From Vitrella brassicaformis CCMP3155 (taxonomy: Eukaryota; Protista; Chromerida), in assembly GCA_001179505.1 (NCBI GenBank), contig CDMY01000257.1, forward strand, positions 83,088-147,087: a stretch of 64,000 nucleotides of DNA. Direction: 5' to 3'. The notes under the pieces were generated by a model. It worked only from the letters and a program-made list of their open reading frames with translations. It did no database searches and had not been told where the DNA came from. Position 1 is the first letter of the stretch; each line of letters begins with the position of its first letter. This document shows, in pieces, positions 14,031 to 27,000 of the stretch. The translations under genes were made by a program, and so were the position numbers.

Positions 14031-14689
14031 TACATCTGCTGTTTCCTCTGGCATCCACTCCGTTTCTTTCCGCACTTTGACACATGCATGTGTCTCCACT
14101 TCGAATGCAAGTACAGTGCACACGCGCACACACACACACAACGCACATGCATTGCGTCCGTGCACAGAGAGCGGTCGTGTGTTGGTTGTCTTCTCTATGG
14201 AAGACATCCCTCCAAAGGCCTGCCTACTTACTGTCTGTGGTGTCTACTTACTTTGCTGTGTGTGTCTCTGCCATCGTCAGATAAATTGGGCTGGCACTGT
14301 GTGGTGCGTGTGTGTGTGTGTGTTGGGGGCGTGCGAGGGGGGGTACTGTGTGCAGCTCGTCTTCGTGTGTCGATGCAATCGATGTATGCTGGATTAACAT
14401 GTCCGTCGGTCGGCGGCGTGAGACACACATGAATAGACATAACCGAGTGATTTTTGAAGGTGTGTTTGGGCATCACGCGATCGACAACCCCGCGTCATCA
14501 AGTGATGCATCGAAACGAGCTGTGCTTCGACCATCGCTTGCTCAGCGAGGTCCCCGGCAACACAATGCCCATCACACACAAGACACAGGCACCAATCAGC
14601 CGATCATCCATCCATCCATCCACAACGCGGGCGTCCGCGCGCACAGAGTGGTCCGCTCTTCGCCCCGCCAGCTTCCGTGGCTCAGCCGA

Positions 14690-17600
14690 TCAGCCTTTCT
14701 TCTGTCTCTTCTTCCGCTGCTCGTACTCAGCATTGAAGCTCGCCGACGCCTGGGCCAGCAAGTCGGTGCTCTTGATGCGCTTCTGAGAAGACACACACAC
14801 CGACCGACCGACCCACATGCACACAGCGACGGGCGGGTTTGTCTCGTTTGTGTGGCGTGACGCCCACCTGCGCCCTCCTCTTCTCCCTCTCGGCCTCGCT
14901 GCCTGTCAGCCCGATGGCACGTTTGGACAGTCGGTCCTCCTTGGCTTGCCTAGGGAGGGGAGAAAGGCAACACAGACAGACACAGACACCGACACACAGA
15001 GACGTACACAGACACAGGCGCATGGCTGTGTGCAGTGTGCCCACTTGTTCTTGTCGGTGAGCTTCTGCTGCCTGTCGATTGCCTCGTGCAGCGTCATCCG
15101 ACCCTCACCCTATACGAACCAACACGGCGCACACACGACGCATGGCGATATCGGTGCCAAGTGAGAGAGAGACCCTGTGCACCCATACCAGTTTGCCCTT
15201 GACTGCCTGTTTTCGCCTCCGCTTCTTTGCACCCCGCAGCGCCTTCCGCTCCTCCCGACTCATCTCGTGCGATGCCTGAACACACACACACACACACCGT
15301 AGACCATGAACGAAAGCATCTGACGCTCAATGCGTGTATGCATGACTACGCACCTTTTCTGGTTCGGGTGCCTTGACCTCCTCGGGGGCCTTTCGCTGAG
15401 CATCAGACATTGTCACGGGCCTGCACACACACACACACACACCCTCAATCGCATGAATCTATGGATCAGACAGGCTTTGTTCTTCCTTGTTGTGTGTGCA
15501 CACGTACACTGTGTCTTCGACAGTGATGGCGGCGATGTCCCTGTTGTGGCCGTCGCCGTGCTTGGGGGGCCGGGGAACGAAGTGCTGGTTGGTCAGGGAG
15601 TCCAGCTGGTGCACAAGCTTGGCGAACAGACGGGCCAACTCCTGATACACCCATGCATCGCGACACACTCATGTGTGGTACCATGAGGAATGAGCGGCCC
15701 CTTACCTGTTTTGACTTGTCTTCTTCCGTTTCCGCCTTGTGTCCTGCAAAAAGACACCGACAAGGCGTCCCATCGAACGTGTGCAGCGAGTCATCGTGTA
15801 CATGTGTGGCTTTGCATCCCACCGAGCAGCTCAGCTTCGTACTGGCGCGAGTAGATCTCACCAAGACCCACCTGACAGACACGAGAAGGCAGTCGTGCAG
15901 CGCATATGACTTTCCCCCATTCTCCCTAATTGGCTCACTCTGCTCTTTTGGAAGTCGAGGGTCTCCTCGGCGTTCTCCTCTGGTGCACGAGCTGCTGGTG
16001 GGGCCTCCACCCTGACGGACGCACGCGCAGTGTGGAGAGGGAGATAGATGGATGACGCGCTGCCCTGTGTGCGGAATTCTGTGTTTTGTACTTTCTGACG
16101 ACGTCGTCGAAGGCGAGGTCCTGGATGCGCTGACGGATGATCTTCTCTATGATCCCCGATATGCTGAGGAAACGAATAACAACACAACCCCGTCACCATG
16201 ATTCAAGGACGGCCAGCTTAGCCAGCTTTGTTCGGTGTCTTACTCTGTCTTTTGCAGCGCCTCCTGGGCCACATCGAGGTTCTCCTGCACACACACACAC
16301 ACACAGGCACAGGGCCGGTATGTACGCGCATCGAATGACTTCGTGTGCGGTGCCGTGCGATGTGGTGCTTCCTGACTCCGAGTGTGTCAGGCATGGCGGC
16401 CATCTCGGCGCTCTGGGGCGCCGCATACTGAGGCAGCTCCAGATTGATGTCAAGCAGACTGACACACACACACACACACACAGAGAACCATAACAAATGA
16501 GAGGATTGGGTCTCTGTCTGTCTGTCTGTCCGTCCGTCCTTGGCCGCGTACCTGTCCCTCGGTCTCTGTTTAGCCTGCACCTCGCCCGTCATTGTCCAGT
16601 GCTTCGGCGCCAGCGCGTCATCCTCCAACTCATCTACAGACAGCAACATGTCGGTGGGTGGGGTTTGGAGCTTCTCTGTTTGTCTTTGCCGTCTGTTTGT
16701 TCGTACCCACCCACCTACCAATCATGGCTTGGAGTTTCTTGTACCGCTCGTCCAGCTCCAGCAGGCTGCCCTTCTTGGCGCCTGGCTTGGGCTCGACTGT
16801 CTGTGCTGCCTCAGCGCCCCCCTCTTGCTCCTCCTCGGGTATGGTGTCGTCATCATCCTCCTCGTCGTCGACGCCAGCCTCCGCCTCGTCTCTCGTCGCT
16901 TGGGCAGATGAGTCCTCATCTGCCTCGGCCTCTTGGGCATCATCGTCGCCGTCGTCAGCCGCTAGGTCGTCTTGTGGTTGCTCGTCACTGTCGTCGCCCT
17001 GCCCGCTCTCATCGTCATCTTCCTCCTCACCCTCACCCTCGTCGCTTTGCTGTTGGTCGGTCTCGCTTTGGTCTTGTTCAGCATCGTTGAGGAGTTCTTG
17101 CTGCATCTTGGCGATGAGGTCGACCTCTTCACCCTCCTCCAGCTCCATCTCATCGTCGTCATCATCGTCGTCCTCCATCGACAAGACTGACACGCAAACA
17201 GACACACGGATGGACAGACCATTGACATACCGTGTTTCCTGCTCACTCACCGTTTGTCTTCTGCGCCATCTTGTCTGCCTTGTCGGACTTCTCGAAGTAG
17301 TCACGGTACTTGGTCGACTCATTCTCGGCCTCGCCGCCGTCCTGAGGTCACAGACAGGGAGAAGATCATAGGCTCGCTGCAGCGGTGTCTGTCTGTCTGT
17401 CTGTCTCACACAGACCTGTGTCGGGGCGTACAGGAGGTCTTGCAGCTCTTCGTCCACATCAGCATCACCTGCCTCGTCGTCATCCAGCGCACCTCCCTGA
17501 CGGACGACACACAAAGAAGTCAGAACAGACAGTGGTGTCGGGTGTTGCTGGCCAGGTGCGTCTGTCGTTGCTTTCTCACCTGTTCTTCTCTCTTTTTGCG

Positions 17601-18645
17601 CGCCGCTTCGGCCCTCTCAGCCTGCTGCACAAACTCCTCCATCTGAGAAAAGAACACACAGCCATCGACAAGAAGTGATGCATAACACGCCGCTATGCGC
17701 TTTTTGTGCCCAATGCACTCCTTCACCTCAGCAAGTTTGAAGAGGTGGTCATCCACGACGCTCCCCTTGCCGTGCTTGGCCGACCCCCTCCCACGTCCCG
17801 ATGCCGCCCTGCTGTCACCTGACGACAGCATGCGCTCCAGCCTCTCGTCCTCTTCGTCTTCCTCCTCGGCATCGTCTGGGTTGATGTCATCCTGCTGTTC
17901 GTCGTGTGTCTGCCGCCGCCTTTGTCTCTTGCTGACAAGTTGCCCCTCCCTTGTGTGATTGTCTCCTCGACTGCTGTGTGGCCCCCGAGCCCTTTCGCGG
18001 GCTTCCACACTCAGCAGCGATAGTGGCACCCCATCGCTGGCATCGTCGGCTCCCTTGTCGATCGCACCGTTGGTCGCTGTGGCCCTCTTGTGGTGCAGCA
18101 GCTTGGCCACCCTCTTGGTCAGCTGCTGCAGCGCGCCTTGATGCTGCAGACATACGACACGGAACAAAAAGATGGATCGAGGATCGATGGAAGGCTATGC
18201 AAGTGGTGCTAATCTGCGCGGCCCACCTTTGAGTCGATTTGCTCCCACACCTGTTCCGGCTCAAAGCCATCAATGTGCAGCTCGGTGCCCTTGTGCGCGC
18301 CGCCAGGTTGATCTGACCAAGGCGCATGGACATTCACTGAAGCAAGCAACACAAGCAGCACAAGAATCACAAGCATCACAGCCCTGCGACAGGCATGGCA
18401 AGACGATGGATCTCACTGACCCTGTCGGTTGAAGAATCTGGCACACTTGAGGGCCTCTCCTGTGAGATGGGCGTCGGCGGACACCACCTTCTCGGGGTGC
18501 TTCAGCACCTGACATAACCATATCCCATCCAACGATGGATGAATCAAAGCATGTCCACTCATTGTGTCTGATCTCAGTGGGCCATTCCCACCTTGTCCAC
18601 GAGCTCTCCCAGATCAGGGCACTCACTGGACGCACCAAAACTCAT
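14690..18645 (-). CDS. MPP10: U3 snoRNP protein Mpp10 (SSU processome), multi-exon
   Basis: Spliced translation: MSFGASSECPDLGELVDK|VLKHPEK..., IDGFEPEQVWEQI, SVVDDHLFKLAE|MEEFV, long D/E tract, ELEDDALAPKHWTMTGEVQAKQRPRD|SLL, IIEKIIRQRIQDLAFDDVVRK, LDSLTNQHFVPRP, EMSREERKALRGAKKRRRK. These match Mpp10 family motifs. Ends KKRQKKG*. Confidence 0.9.
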
Positions 18646-18847
18646 CTTCGCGTTTCAGAAGCGAGAAGCTCCAGACAAGTCACACAACGCCACAGATCAC
18701 TGTCTGGCTGACCACAGATCCCATTGCCTTCATCCCACCAGGAGCGTGATTTGCTAGCTCGCATCAGTGGTCCACTTTTCGCCTGAGCTTCCTTCACCGA
18801 CGAGCATACCTGACTCCCTACTACCCGAAGGAGCCAGCTCAAGAGAT
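18646..18847. promoter_or_regulatory. Probable bidirectional promoter between MPP10 and the cyclin
   Basis: Only 202 bp separate the two divergent start codons. Confidence 0.5.
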
Positions 18848-21003
18848 ATGGCCCTTTCTCAGCTCTCAGAGAAGTCTCCGCTGTCGGGTGGCTCCCTCAG
18901 CAAGGGAGACTCCCGAGGCGACATCCCCGACCTGGTTGAGGCTGCGGAGACCACGGAGGCCTTCGTCCCCTGCCTGGCCAAGGTGTTGGACCACCTCATT
19001 CAGATGTCCCAGGAGAACATCGGACAGGTGGGTGGGTGGCCACGGGAGGCAGGCCGAGACAGCATGTGGGAGGGGGGGCGGAGGAAGGGGATGGACGTGG
19101 CCGTGTGTGTGGCGGGTGGTGCAGGTGACTCGGTTCCATGCGGTGCGGCCTCCTGCGATTTCGACGCATGACTATCTGGCGAGGTGGGTGTACACGACGG
19201 CAGGCAGCCGCCTGGTGGCACGCGTCTCGCGTGCTGCGGGTGGTCCACGGCCTTCCTCTGTGTGTGTGGTGTATTTGGTTCAGGATTGCCAAGTACTTCA
19301 ACTGCAGCCCTGAGTGTTTCGTGTTATCGCTCGTGTACATCGACCGGATTGTCAAACTGCACACCGACTTCACCGTCAACAAACTCAACATACACAGGTC
19401 GGGGGGCGCACTCACACACAGAGGACACCCCTTCCCCTCCCCTCTTCCTGTCTGTCTCATGTGTGCGCCATCCATCCCCTGCTGCTGCCTTGGTTGCGTG
19501 TGATGTGATAGGTTGTTGCTGACGAGTGTGTTGATGGCGGTCAAGTATTTCGACGACCACTACTACAGCAACGCCTACTACGCCCGAGTTGGGGGCGTCA
19601 AGACCGAGGAGATGAACCACCTCGAGTCGCACTTCCTCATGCTAGTCAAGTTCCAGCTGTACGTCACGCCACACGAATACGACCAGTACCGCAAAAACGT
19701 CCTCGCAGCCGTACACGGAATGGTAACCACCACCAGCACCACACCAACAACCATACCCACCCCTCTCACTTGTCGGTCTCTCCTTCAGGAGCCGTCTAGC
19801 GTTAGTTCGCCGACGGCCGTGTCGGCGTCTCCGTCGAGCCTGCTGACGACGCCCAGCGATGAGTCGGTGGCCAACCCGCCCATGCACCCCATGGCCGCCA
19901 CCCTGCCCATCGTCAGCACCGCCGCGCCGTTCCCGCCAACCATGCCTTCCTTCTCCGACTCGGACAGCGACAGCACCCCGCTTCACGGCAATGGTGGCAG
20001 TGGCCGTAGCGGCAGTGGTGTCGACAGACGGAGCAGCAAGGACCTGGCGGGCACCTTTGGGATCGCCCTGCTGCAGCACCAGCAGCGCGTTGAGTGCGGG
20101 AGTGTGAGTGTAGGGGGGCTGCCGACCGTGTCCAGCACCCATTGCTACGCGCCATCGCAGTGTGAGAGTTCCAGCCTGTCGCTGCACTCGTCGAGCAGCT
20201 ACAGCATGTCGCTGCACACCCTCGCCATCGAGAGGGGACTCAGCGACGTGGCCACCATCCACTCCACGGGCTCGCCCCAGTCCACCGCATGCCCCCCACA
20301 CATGTGGTCGGCCAACCCGGTGCTCTCAGCTTCGTCGCCCGCCGTCGCCCAGTCGTTCAACAACTGGTCGGCGCCGGCCCCCCCGCCCCCGCCGCACCAT
20401 GGTTGCCCTTCCCTGCCCCTGTACGCAGCATCGGCTAGCAGCGATCGTTGTGTGTCGGTGAGTCCGATAGCGCCCCCACCTCCCCCGCCCCCGCCCCCGT
20501 CAGAGGGCAGCCGCAGCACGCGTGACGGTAGCGGCGACAGCCTGGCCGACTGGTACGACTGCGGTGCCGCCCTCAAGGGGCCGGAGCGAGTGCGGTCGGG
20601 TGGGTGTGCTGGTGCTGGTGCTGGTGTGGGTGGGGGCCTGCTGCCCACGCCGCCCCTCAGTTTTCGCAAGTGTGAGAGGGGCAGCAGTGTCGGCGGAGGA
20701 TTCGCCCACTCCCACTCGTCCCAGGCCATGCAGCAGCAGCAGCAGCAGCAGCAGCCCCCACCGCCGCCCTTCCCGCCACCCGCACACAGCGGCCACCATC
20801 AGCGGAGCTTCAGCAGCTTCCGGGGCGGCGTGCAGGGTTGCGGGTTCGTGCCGCCCCCTCCGCCCCCGTACGACAAGGACCATGCGAGTGGCGGTGGTGT
20901 GGGGCACATGTCGATGATGATGATGCAGATGCACCACAAGGTGCCGATCGCCAAGGCGCATGCTGACTACCACCCCAAGATCCAGGTCGTCAGCAACTAC
21001 TGA
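18848..21003 (+). CDS. PHO80-like (P/U-type) cyclin with long Ser/Pro/Gln-rich C-terminal tail
   Basis: Exons give FHAVRPPAISTHDYLA|RIAKYFNCSPECFVLSLVYIDRI...NKLNIHR|LLLTSVLMAVKYFDDHYYSNAYYARVGGVKTEEMNHLE, the cyclin P/U box. ATG 18848, stop 21001-21003. Confidence 0.92.
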
Positions 21004-24000
21004 CTGAATCGACCGCCGGGATGGAGCGAGGGTCGGCGGGTGTTGGTGTGCGTGGGGATAGTACAGCGAGTGAGTGAGTGTGGCGTGACGGCTCGCTCTG
21101 TTGGTTGATGGAGGAAGCAAGGAAGAGGGCGATGCCCATGGTGGGGTGGATGGATCGTTGGATGGGTGGCTGTATCATACTGATGGAATGAATGAGTGGA
21201 TGAGTCGCGGGTGGGGTGGCGTGCAGACGCAGAAAGAATGGTGGTCAGTCGGGTGTCTCTCTCTGTCTGTCTGTCTGGTTAGTGTGGTTGTGAGAGCGAG
21301 CCAGGGATGCATTGCATTCCATCCGTCGTGCTTGGATGGCATGGCGTGCATGAGTGTCTCGGCCGGCCGGGTGACGCGCCCCTGTCTCTCGCTGATATTG
21401 TGCAGTCAGCGAGAGACAGGGTAAGGCGGCCTTGAGACGCCTGTTGACCGACTGACTGACTAATGCTCGCTGGACAGGCAGGCGCGCAGGCAGGCAGGCA
21501 GGTGAGCTCTTGTCTCCCTCTCCCTCTCTCTCCCCTGTCGTCTCGTCTCCTTGTGTAGAATAAGGCTAGATTTGCCTGCCCCCTGCCTGCTCACCTGCCT
21601 GCCTGTTTGCCTGTTTGCCTGTTTGCGTGCGTGTGTGGCGTTGTGTGTCTTTTCCCTTTTTGACCGGCTGACCACCGTTGTATGCCGATTTCATTCATCA
21701 TGGATTGAATGGATGGATTGACGGATGCACGCCTGATGCATAGATACATAAGTACATACGTACATGTCTGTCTGTCTACACATGTATAAGTTACGTACGT
21801 GTATTGTATACCTATGTATCTCTCTATATTCAGCTTCCTGTCTGTCTGTCTGTCTGTATGCCAACCAACAGGAAACAGGATTATCTCACTTTTCCCCGTC
21901 TGCCTACGTATCTGTCTGGCCCATTCTTGTCTGTCAGTCTTGTCGGCCTGCCACACACGCCATACCATGTCATGTCATGCCATCTTTCAATCAATGCTAT
22001 GGATGCGATGCTACTCGTACGTACCTGCTACTTGCTGATGTCGTGCTGCGTGGATGGATGCGTGCATCTGGATGAATGAGTGAGTGCGGTCGTGCTTTTG
22101 ATGGGCCGGATGGTGCCATGCGATGCCATGGGCATGGGAGTGAGACAGGGCGCACGCACGTACGAGCTGATGAGCAATGGGGGGCTGTCCGTCGTCTGCG
22201 CGTTATAAGTGAATGGTGAATGGCTACCCTACTGATCTGTCTTGCTGGCGAAGAAAGAGGGGAGGGAGGGGGAGAGACAGACTGCGTGGCGGCTGGGTGG
22301 TGTCGTTCTGCGTACCGTGTACCTATCGTGTATCTATAACGTCTCTTGTCGTGTGCACGTACCTGTGTACATGTGTGGCGTGTTGTGTTGTGTTGTGTGT
22401 CTTGTCGATTCATCGTTCGTTTTGTCGTTTTGTGCACCCAGCCACTCCACAAAATGGAGCGGAGCCACTCTGTGCACCTTATCCACACACACACACACGC
22501 GCGTATACACACATCATCACACACACATTCCTGTGTGCATACCTGCATGGGTCTTTGAAGATACCAGAAGGAGAGAGGGGGAGGGGAGAGAGGGGTTGCT
22601 GTGTCGGTGTACCTGTCTGTGTGTGTTCTCTACGTGTCAGTACGTCGCTGCTTTTCCTTGCCTCCGTGCCGCCATCCATCCATCCATTCGGTGGGCAGAT
22701 TCTCACGAGGGGGGCGGGTGTGGGCGTGTGTGAGGGAGAAGCTGCAGCTGCGGATATGAATAAGGCTCGTCTGTCGCGTCTTTCTCTTCTCTCACACCAC
22801 AGCCACGCCCGTCTACCGATCTCACTTTTTTGCCCCAGCCACCAGCCACAGCTCTGCCAATTTTCGTATTTCTCGTACTGCTGATGAGTGACGCTTACGT
22901 CCCTCAGAGGTTAGGGAGGTAGGTACTACCTGTTCCTTCCTGTCCGCCTCTCTGTCTGTCTCTCAGTACAAATGTATCTGTGCCTGCTCATCACATCACA
23001 TGGCATCGGTGCTGTGCCCTTGCCTGCCTCTCGTCCCCTTCTCCTTCCTCTCTGTCTCTTCTTTTCTCTCAATGTACCATCACTCACTCGTCGATTGACG
23101 GCAGGGCGTTTGTACACTACACTACACTACTCACAAGCTCACCCGTCCCCTCCTCTCCCTCCCCTCCCGCCCTTTTGGCTGAATGGTTGGCGGCCTGACT
23201 GGCTATCCGTCCGTCCGTCCGATCAAAGATCGGAAGCACTATTGGCCCTCATCTGATGGGGCCTCCCACACGCACAGCAGACAGACATGCCACGCCATGC
23301 CACGCCATGCCAGTCGCCGGCCATTCATTCTATCATGATCCATGATGATGCTTCCTTTGTTGTTTTCATTTTCGTGCGTGTGGCAGGGAGGGAGGGAGGC
23401 GCGGGGAGAGAGCACGGCCCCTTTTTTCGCGATAGATAGGCGGGTGGCATGGCATGGCATTCCGGATGGAAGGGGCCATTTTGGATTCGCTGGCGGCTGG
23501 TGGCTGCTGAGGACGCCCCTCTCCCCCTCGGTACGGATGGATCGATCGAATGAATCAATTAGCGCTCTCTCTCTCTCGTTGACGGCTGATGTGTGCGCAT
23601 GAGGGTGTATACGGGTGGGTGGTACCAATAGTCGCTGCGGCCTGTCGTATCGTGGTGTCTTGTGTTGTGTCGAGAGAGAGGACAGACGGACAGACAGACA
23701 GACAGATGGCTGGACGGATGGATGGATGGACAGAGACAGACGAGCCCCCGGACCAGCCCCCGGGGGGCTGGAGAAATGAAGGAAAGATTGATCGATCTGT
23801 TGTCGTCCATGTGTCTGATTGATGGATGGATGGCTTTTGCGTTGCGTTGCGTGCCCGTGATGTAGATCGCTTGTATGCCGACAGACAGACAGACCGACAG
23901 GGAGAGGGAGAAGGGGAGTGGGGCGATGTATGTTGATTTGTGTCCGTCCGTCCGTCCGTCCGTCCGTCGACCGATCGATTGATCGTTGTGCTGTAGTGAG

Positions 24001-27000
24001 GAGCATGTGTTCATTCCTTCATTTGCGCGTCATGTCTCGTCATGGCCACGAACGGGGAGACAGGGAGAGGGAGAGGGAGCAAGGAAGGTAGCCGTCCTTC
24101 CAGCGCCAACACGCCCCTCACTCCCTCTCTCTCTTTCTCGCCCTATCTGCCTGCCTCTTCTTAACGGCTGGCCATCAATGACAGTGACTGACTTGACAGA
24201 AGAGTGTTTCTCCCATTTTTGCGCACCCTCCCTCCTGCAGATGGATGGATGGATGATTGCGTGTGCTGCCTGCCCTGCCCCGCCCTGCCCCGCCCCGCCC
24301 CTTTCCGGGGCGATCCCTTTTTCGACAGACAGGACGGACAGACAGGCACGGCGCAGAGACGCGCATGCCAATGACAGAAGGATAGACAGATGCACGAGGG
24401 GGCTGGGGGCTGGCCGGCCGTCATAATTTTCACGACAACGGGAGGCTGGTGTGTTGATGCGTGTATGAGCGGCAAAGAAAGACATTGTTGGTGCACCTGT
24501 CTGTCTGAGACATTTGTCTGTGCCATCATCAATCACTCGTGTGAAGGCACGTACATACGTACACACACCTGGCTGCTGGCTGTGTTGCCGTGTTTGCACC
24601 GGCGGCCGGCAGCTGGCTGACGATGGGTAGTAACCTGCAGAACAGATGGAGAATCATGCGTGGCTACTGGTATGTATATCACTTTCTGATGATGTGCTCA
24701 CTACTCCTGGACTGACGGACTCACTGACTCACTCACTCACTGACTGACTTGAGTGGTGTGCAGAGATGCATTCATGCTGCTGCCTGACTGCCTGCTTGCC
24801 TGCTGCGTGTGTTGTGTTGTGTTGTGTGTGGTTTTGCCATGACTGACTGACTGACTGCGTTCCTTCCCGAGTGAGAGTGAGCGAGTGACTAATGCTGCTA
24901 TTTGTGAGAGCAGAGCACGGAACTCCTGATTGACTGACTGATGATCAAGGCCAGACAGACGGACAGACAGACGGACAGCGAGGAGGGGAGAAGGAGAGAG
25001 GGGGAGGGGAATGGTTTTGTCGTCTGTCGTCTGCGAACGAATGAATGGATGGATGGATGTCGGGGTGTCGGTCGATCGTGGGCGAGTGGGAGGGTGTCTG
25101 TATAGGAAGGTCGTGTGTGTCGATTTGTAAACTACTCATATGCGTACGTATGTGTAAACGGCGGGCGGCAATCCTGGAGGCGTCTCCTTTTTGTATACAA
25201 CCCATCACACACACACCCACACTGACGCACGCACGCACGATAATTAATTTTGCGGGCGGCCTTGCTTGCTTCTTTCTTTCTTTGACTTGACGTGTGTGTC
25301 GTGTCGCCTGTGTGGCGCTGTAGCCTCCCTCCTGCATGTCGTAAGTGTTGGTTTCTCTTTTTCCCTCGTCGTTTTGTTTGTTTTTGTCAGTCCGTCAGTT
25401 GGTCACACACACAAGCTACTGCTTATGCGTCTCGTGACATCGATCGCACATTGGGCCTGCTCAAGTGTACGGCTGGTTCTTTCTTTCTGTCTGCCGTCCA
25501 TTCATTCATTCATTCTCTTTGCCTACCTTGGTCCGTCAGCCACGCACCCATCCAATGCATTCACATCACAGACCTGCTGCGTGTGCGGTGCGCCGTCTCT
25601 TTTGCCCTTGTTCCCTCCTGCGTGTTGGTGAGTGAGTAAAGGCTGTATACATGTGTGGTGTACACTTAACAACGTATATCTCTATCTTTCCCTCCCTCCC
25701 CGTCATGGCGAATGGTCGACCACACGGCTGCTGGCGACTTTTGACATTTTTCTCCTCCTCCCAGACACACACATACCATACACGCGCGGATGATCAGGAA
25801 GTGAGCGAGCGAGTAAGCGAGTGGGCTGTATTATACCTACCATACCGACAGATGGATGGATGGATGGATGGATTGACGTGTGGTGTGTCTGCGAGTGGTG
25901 AATGCACATCTACCTGCCTGCCTGCATGCCTACATGGGTGTGTTGTATCGCTTCGCTGCTCTGCTGCGTTGGTGTTGTTTGTGAAGTGACGACACTCACC
26001 CACTACCCACTCACCCATGCCGGCCGTGCATTTGCAGACCCAAAGGCCACAGCCCCCACCAAACCACACCACACGACGCCACTCACACATCAATTCATCC
26101 CACCTTTCGCCCAGTAGCACCTAGGTCCTGCACGCCTGACAGAGAGAGAGGGGGGGAGGAAGAGAGGGCACATGCAGGCAGCCGTCCTCGCATCTGCGTG
26201 CATGACGGTGCAGCCAACGAATGGTTCTTGACTGGACGACCTGACGACGACGACGGCGATGGCGATTTTTTGGGCCACCCAGTCGACTAACTATTAGTGC
26301 TAGCTCACGATTAGGTAAGTAGGTGGGCGGCTCAGCGAGAGATCCATTACAGAGAGGGGCGAGGGAGGGGGATATTTGTATTCTGTGTATGTATGTATGT
26401 GTCCTTGCTGCTGTCTGCCTGCCCGGGGTGGTGCCATGCCCACCCATCCACACACGCGGAACAGCTCCGGTCTTCCTTTTTTCCCAATGCAGGGCTGCCG
26501 GCGGCCGGCCGAAGACAGACAGACAAACAAGGCATGCGTGTCGATCGATGGATTGATGTTTACACAATTTTGCGGTTCCGAGCGACCGACCCACCCACCT
26601 GCGTGCATATGTGTGTATGTGTCTGTACAGGCTGCGTGTGATGTGTTTCTGTGACGGCTGGAGGGAAGAACTGTCTTGTGGCTGGCTGTAATTCGCTGAC
26701 TCCGCTACTCCTCTCGTCGATCTCACTGACTTGACTGACGATGATTGACCACTGAATGCACTGTCCATACGTCCACACATGCACCTCGACGTCACTCGTC
26801 CCCTGTTTGGAAAAAAATAAGATAGCGCAGTGCAGTGCAGTGCCTATTCTGCCTAGCCTGTCTGTCAGTCGGTCTATCTGTCTGTCTATCTGCCCGTCCT
26901 CCCTTCTAGTCTGAGAGTCTCCGGCTCGCTCACCCCATCCAGCTACTCACTTGCCCACTTACCTACCCACTTATCCACCTGTTGTGCCCACCAACAGTGT

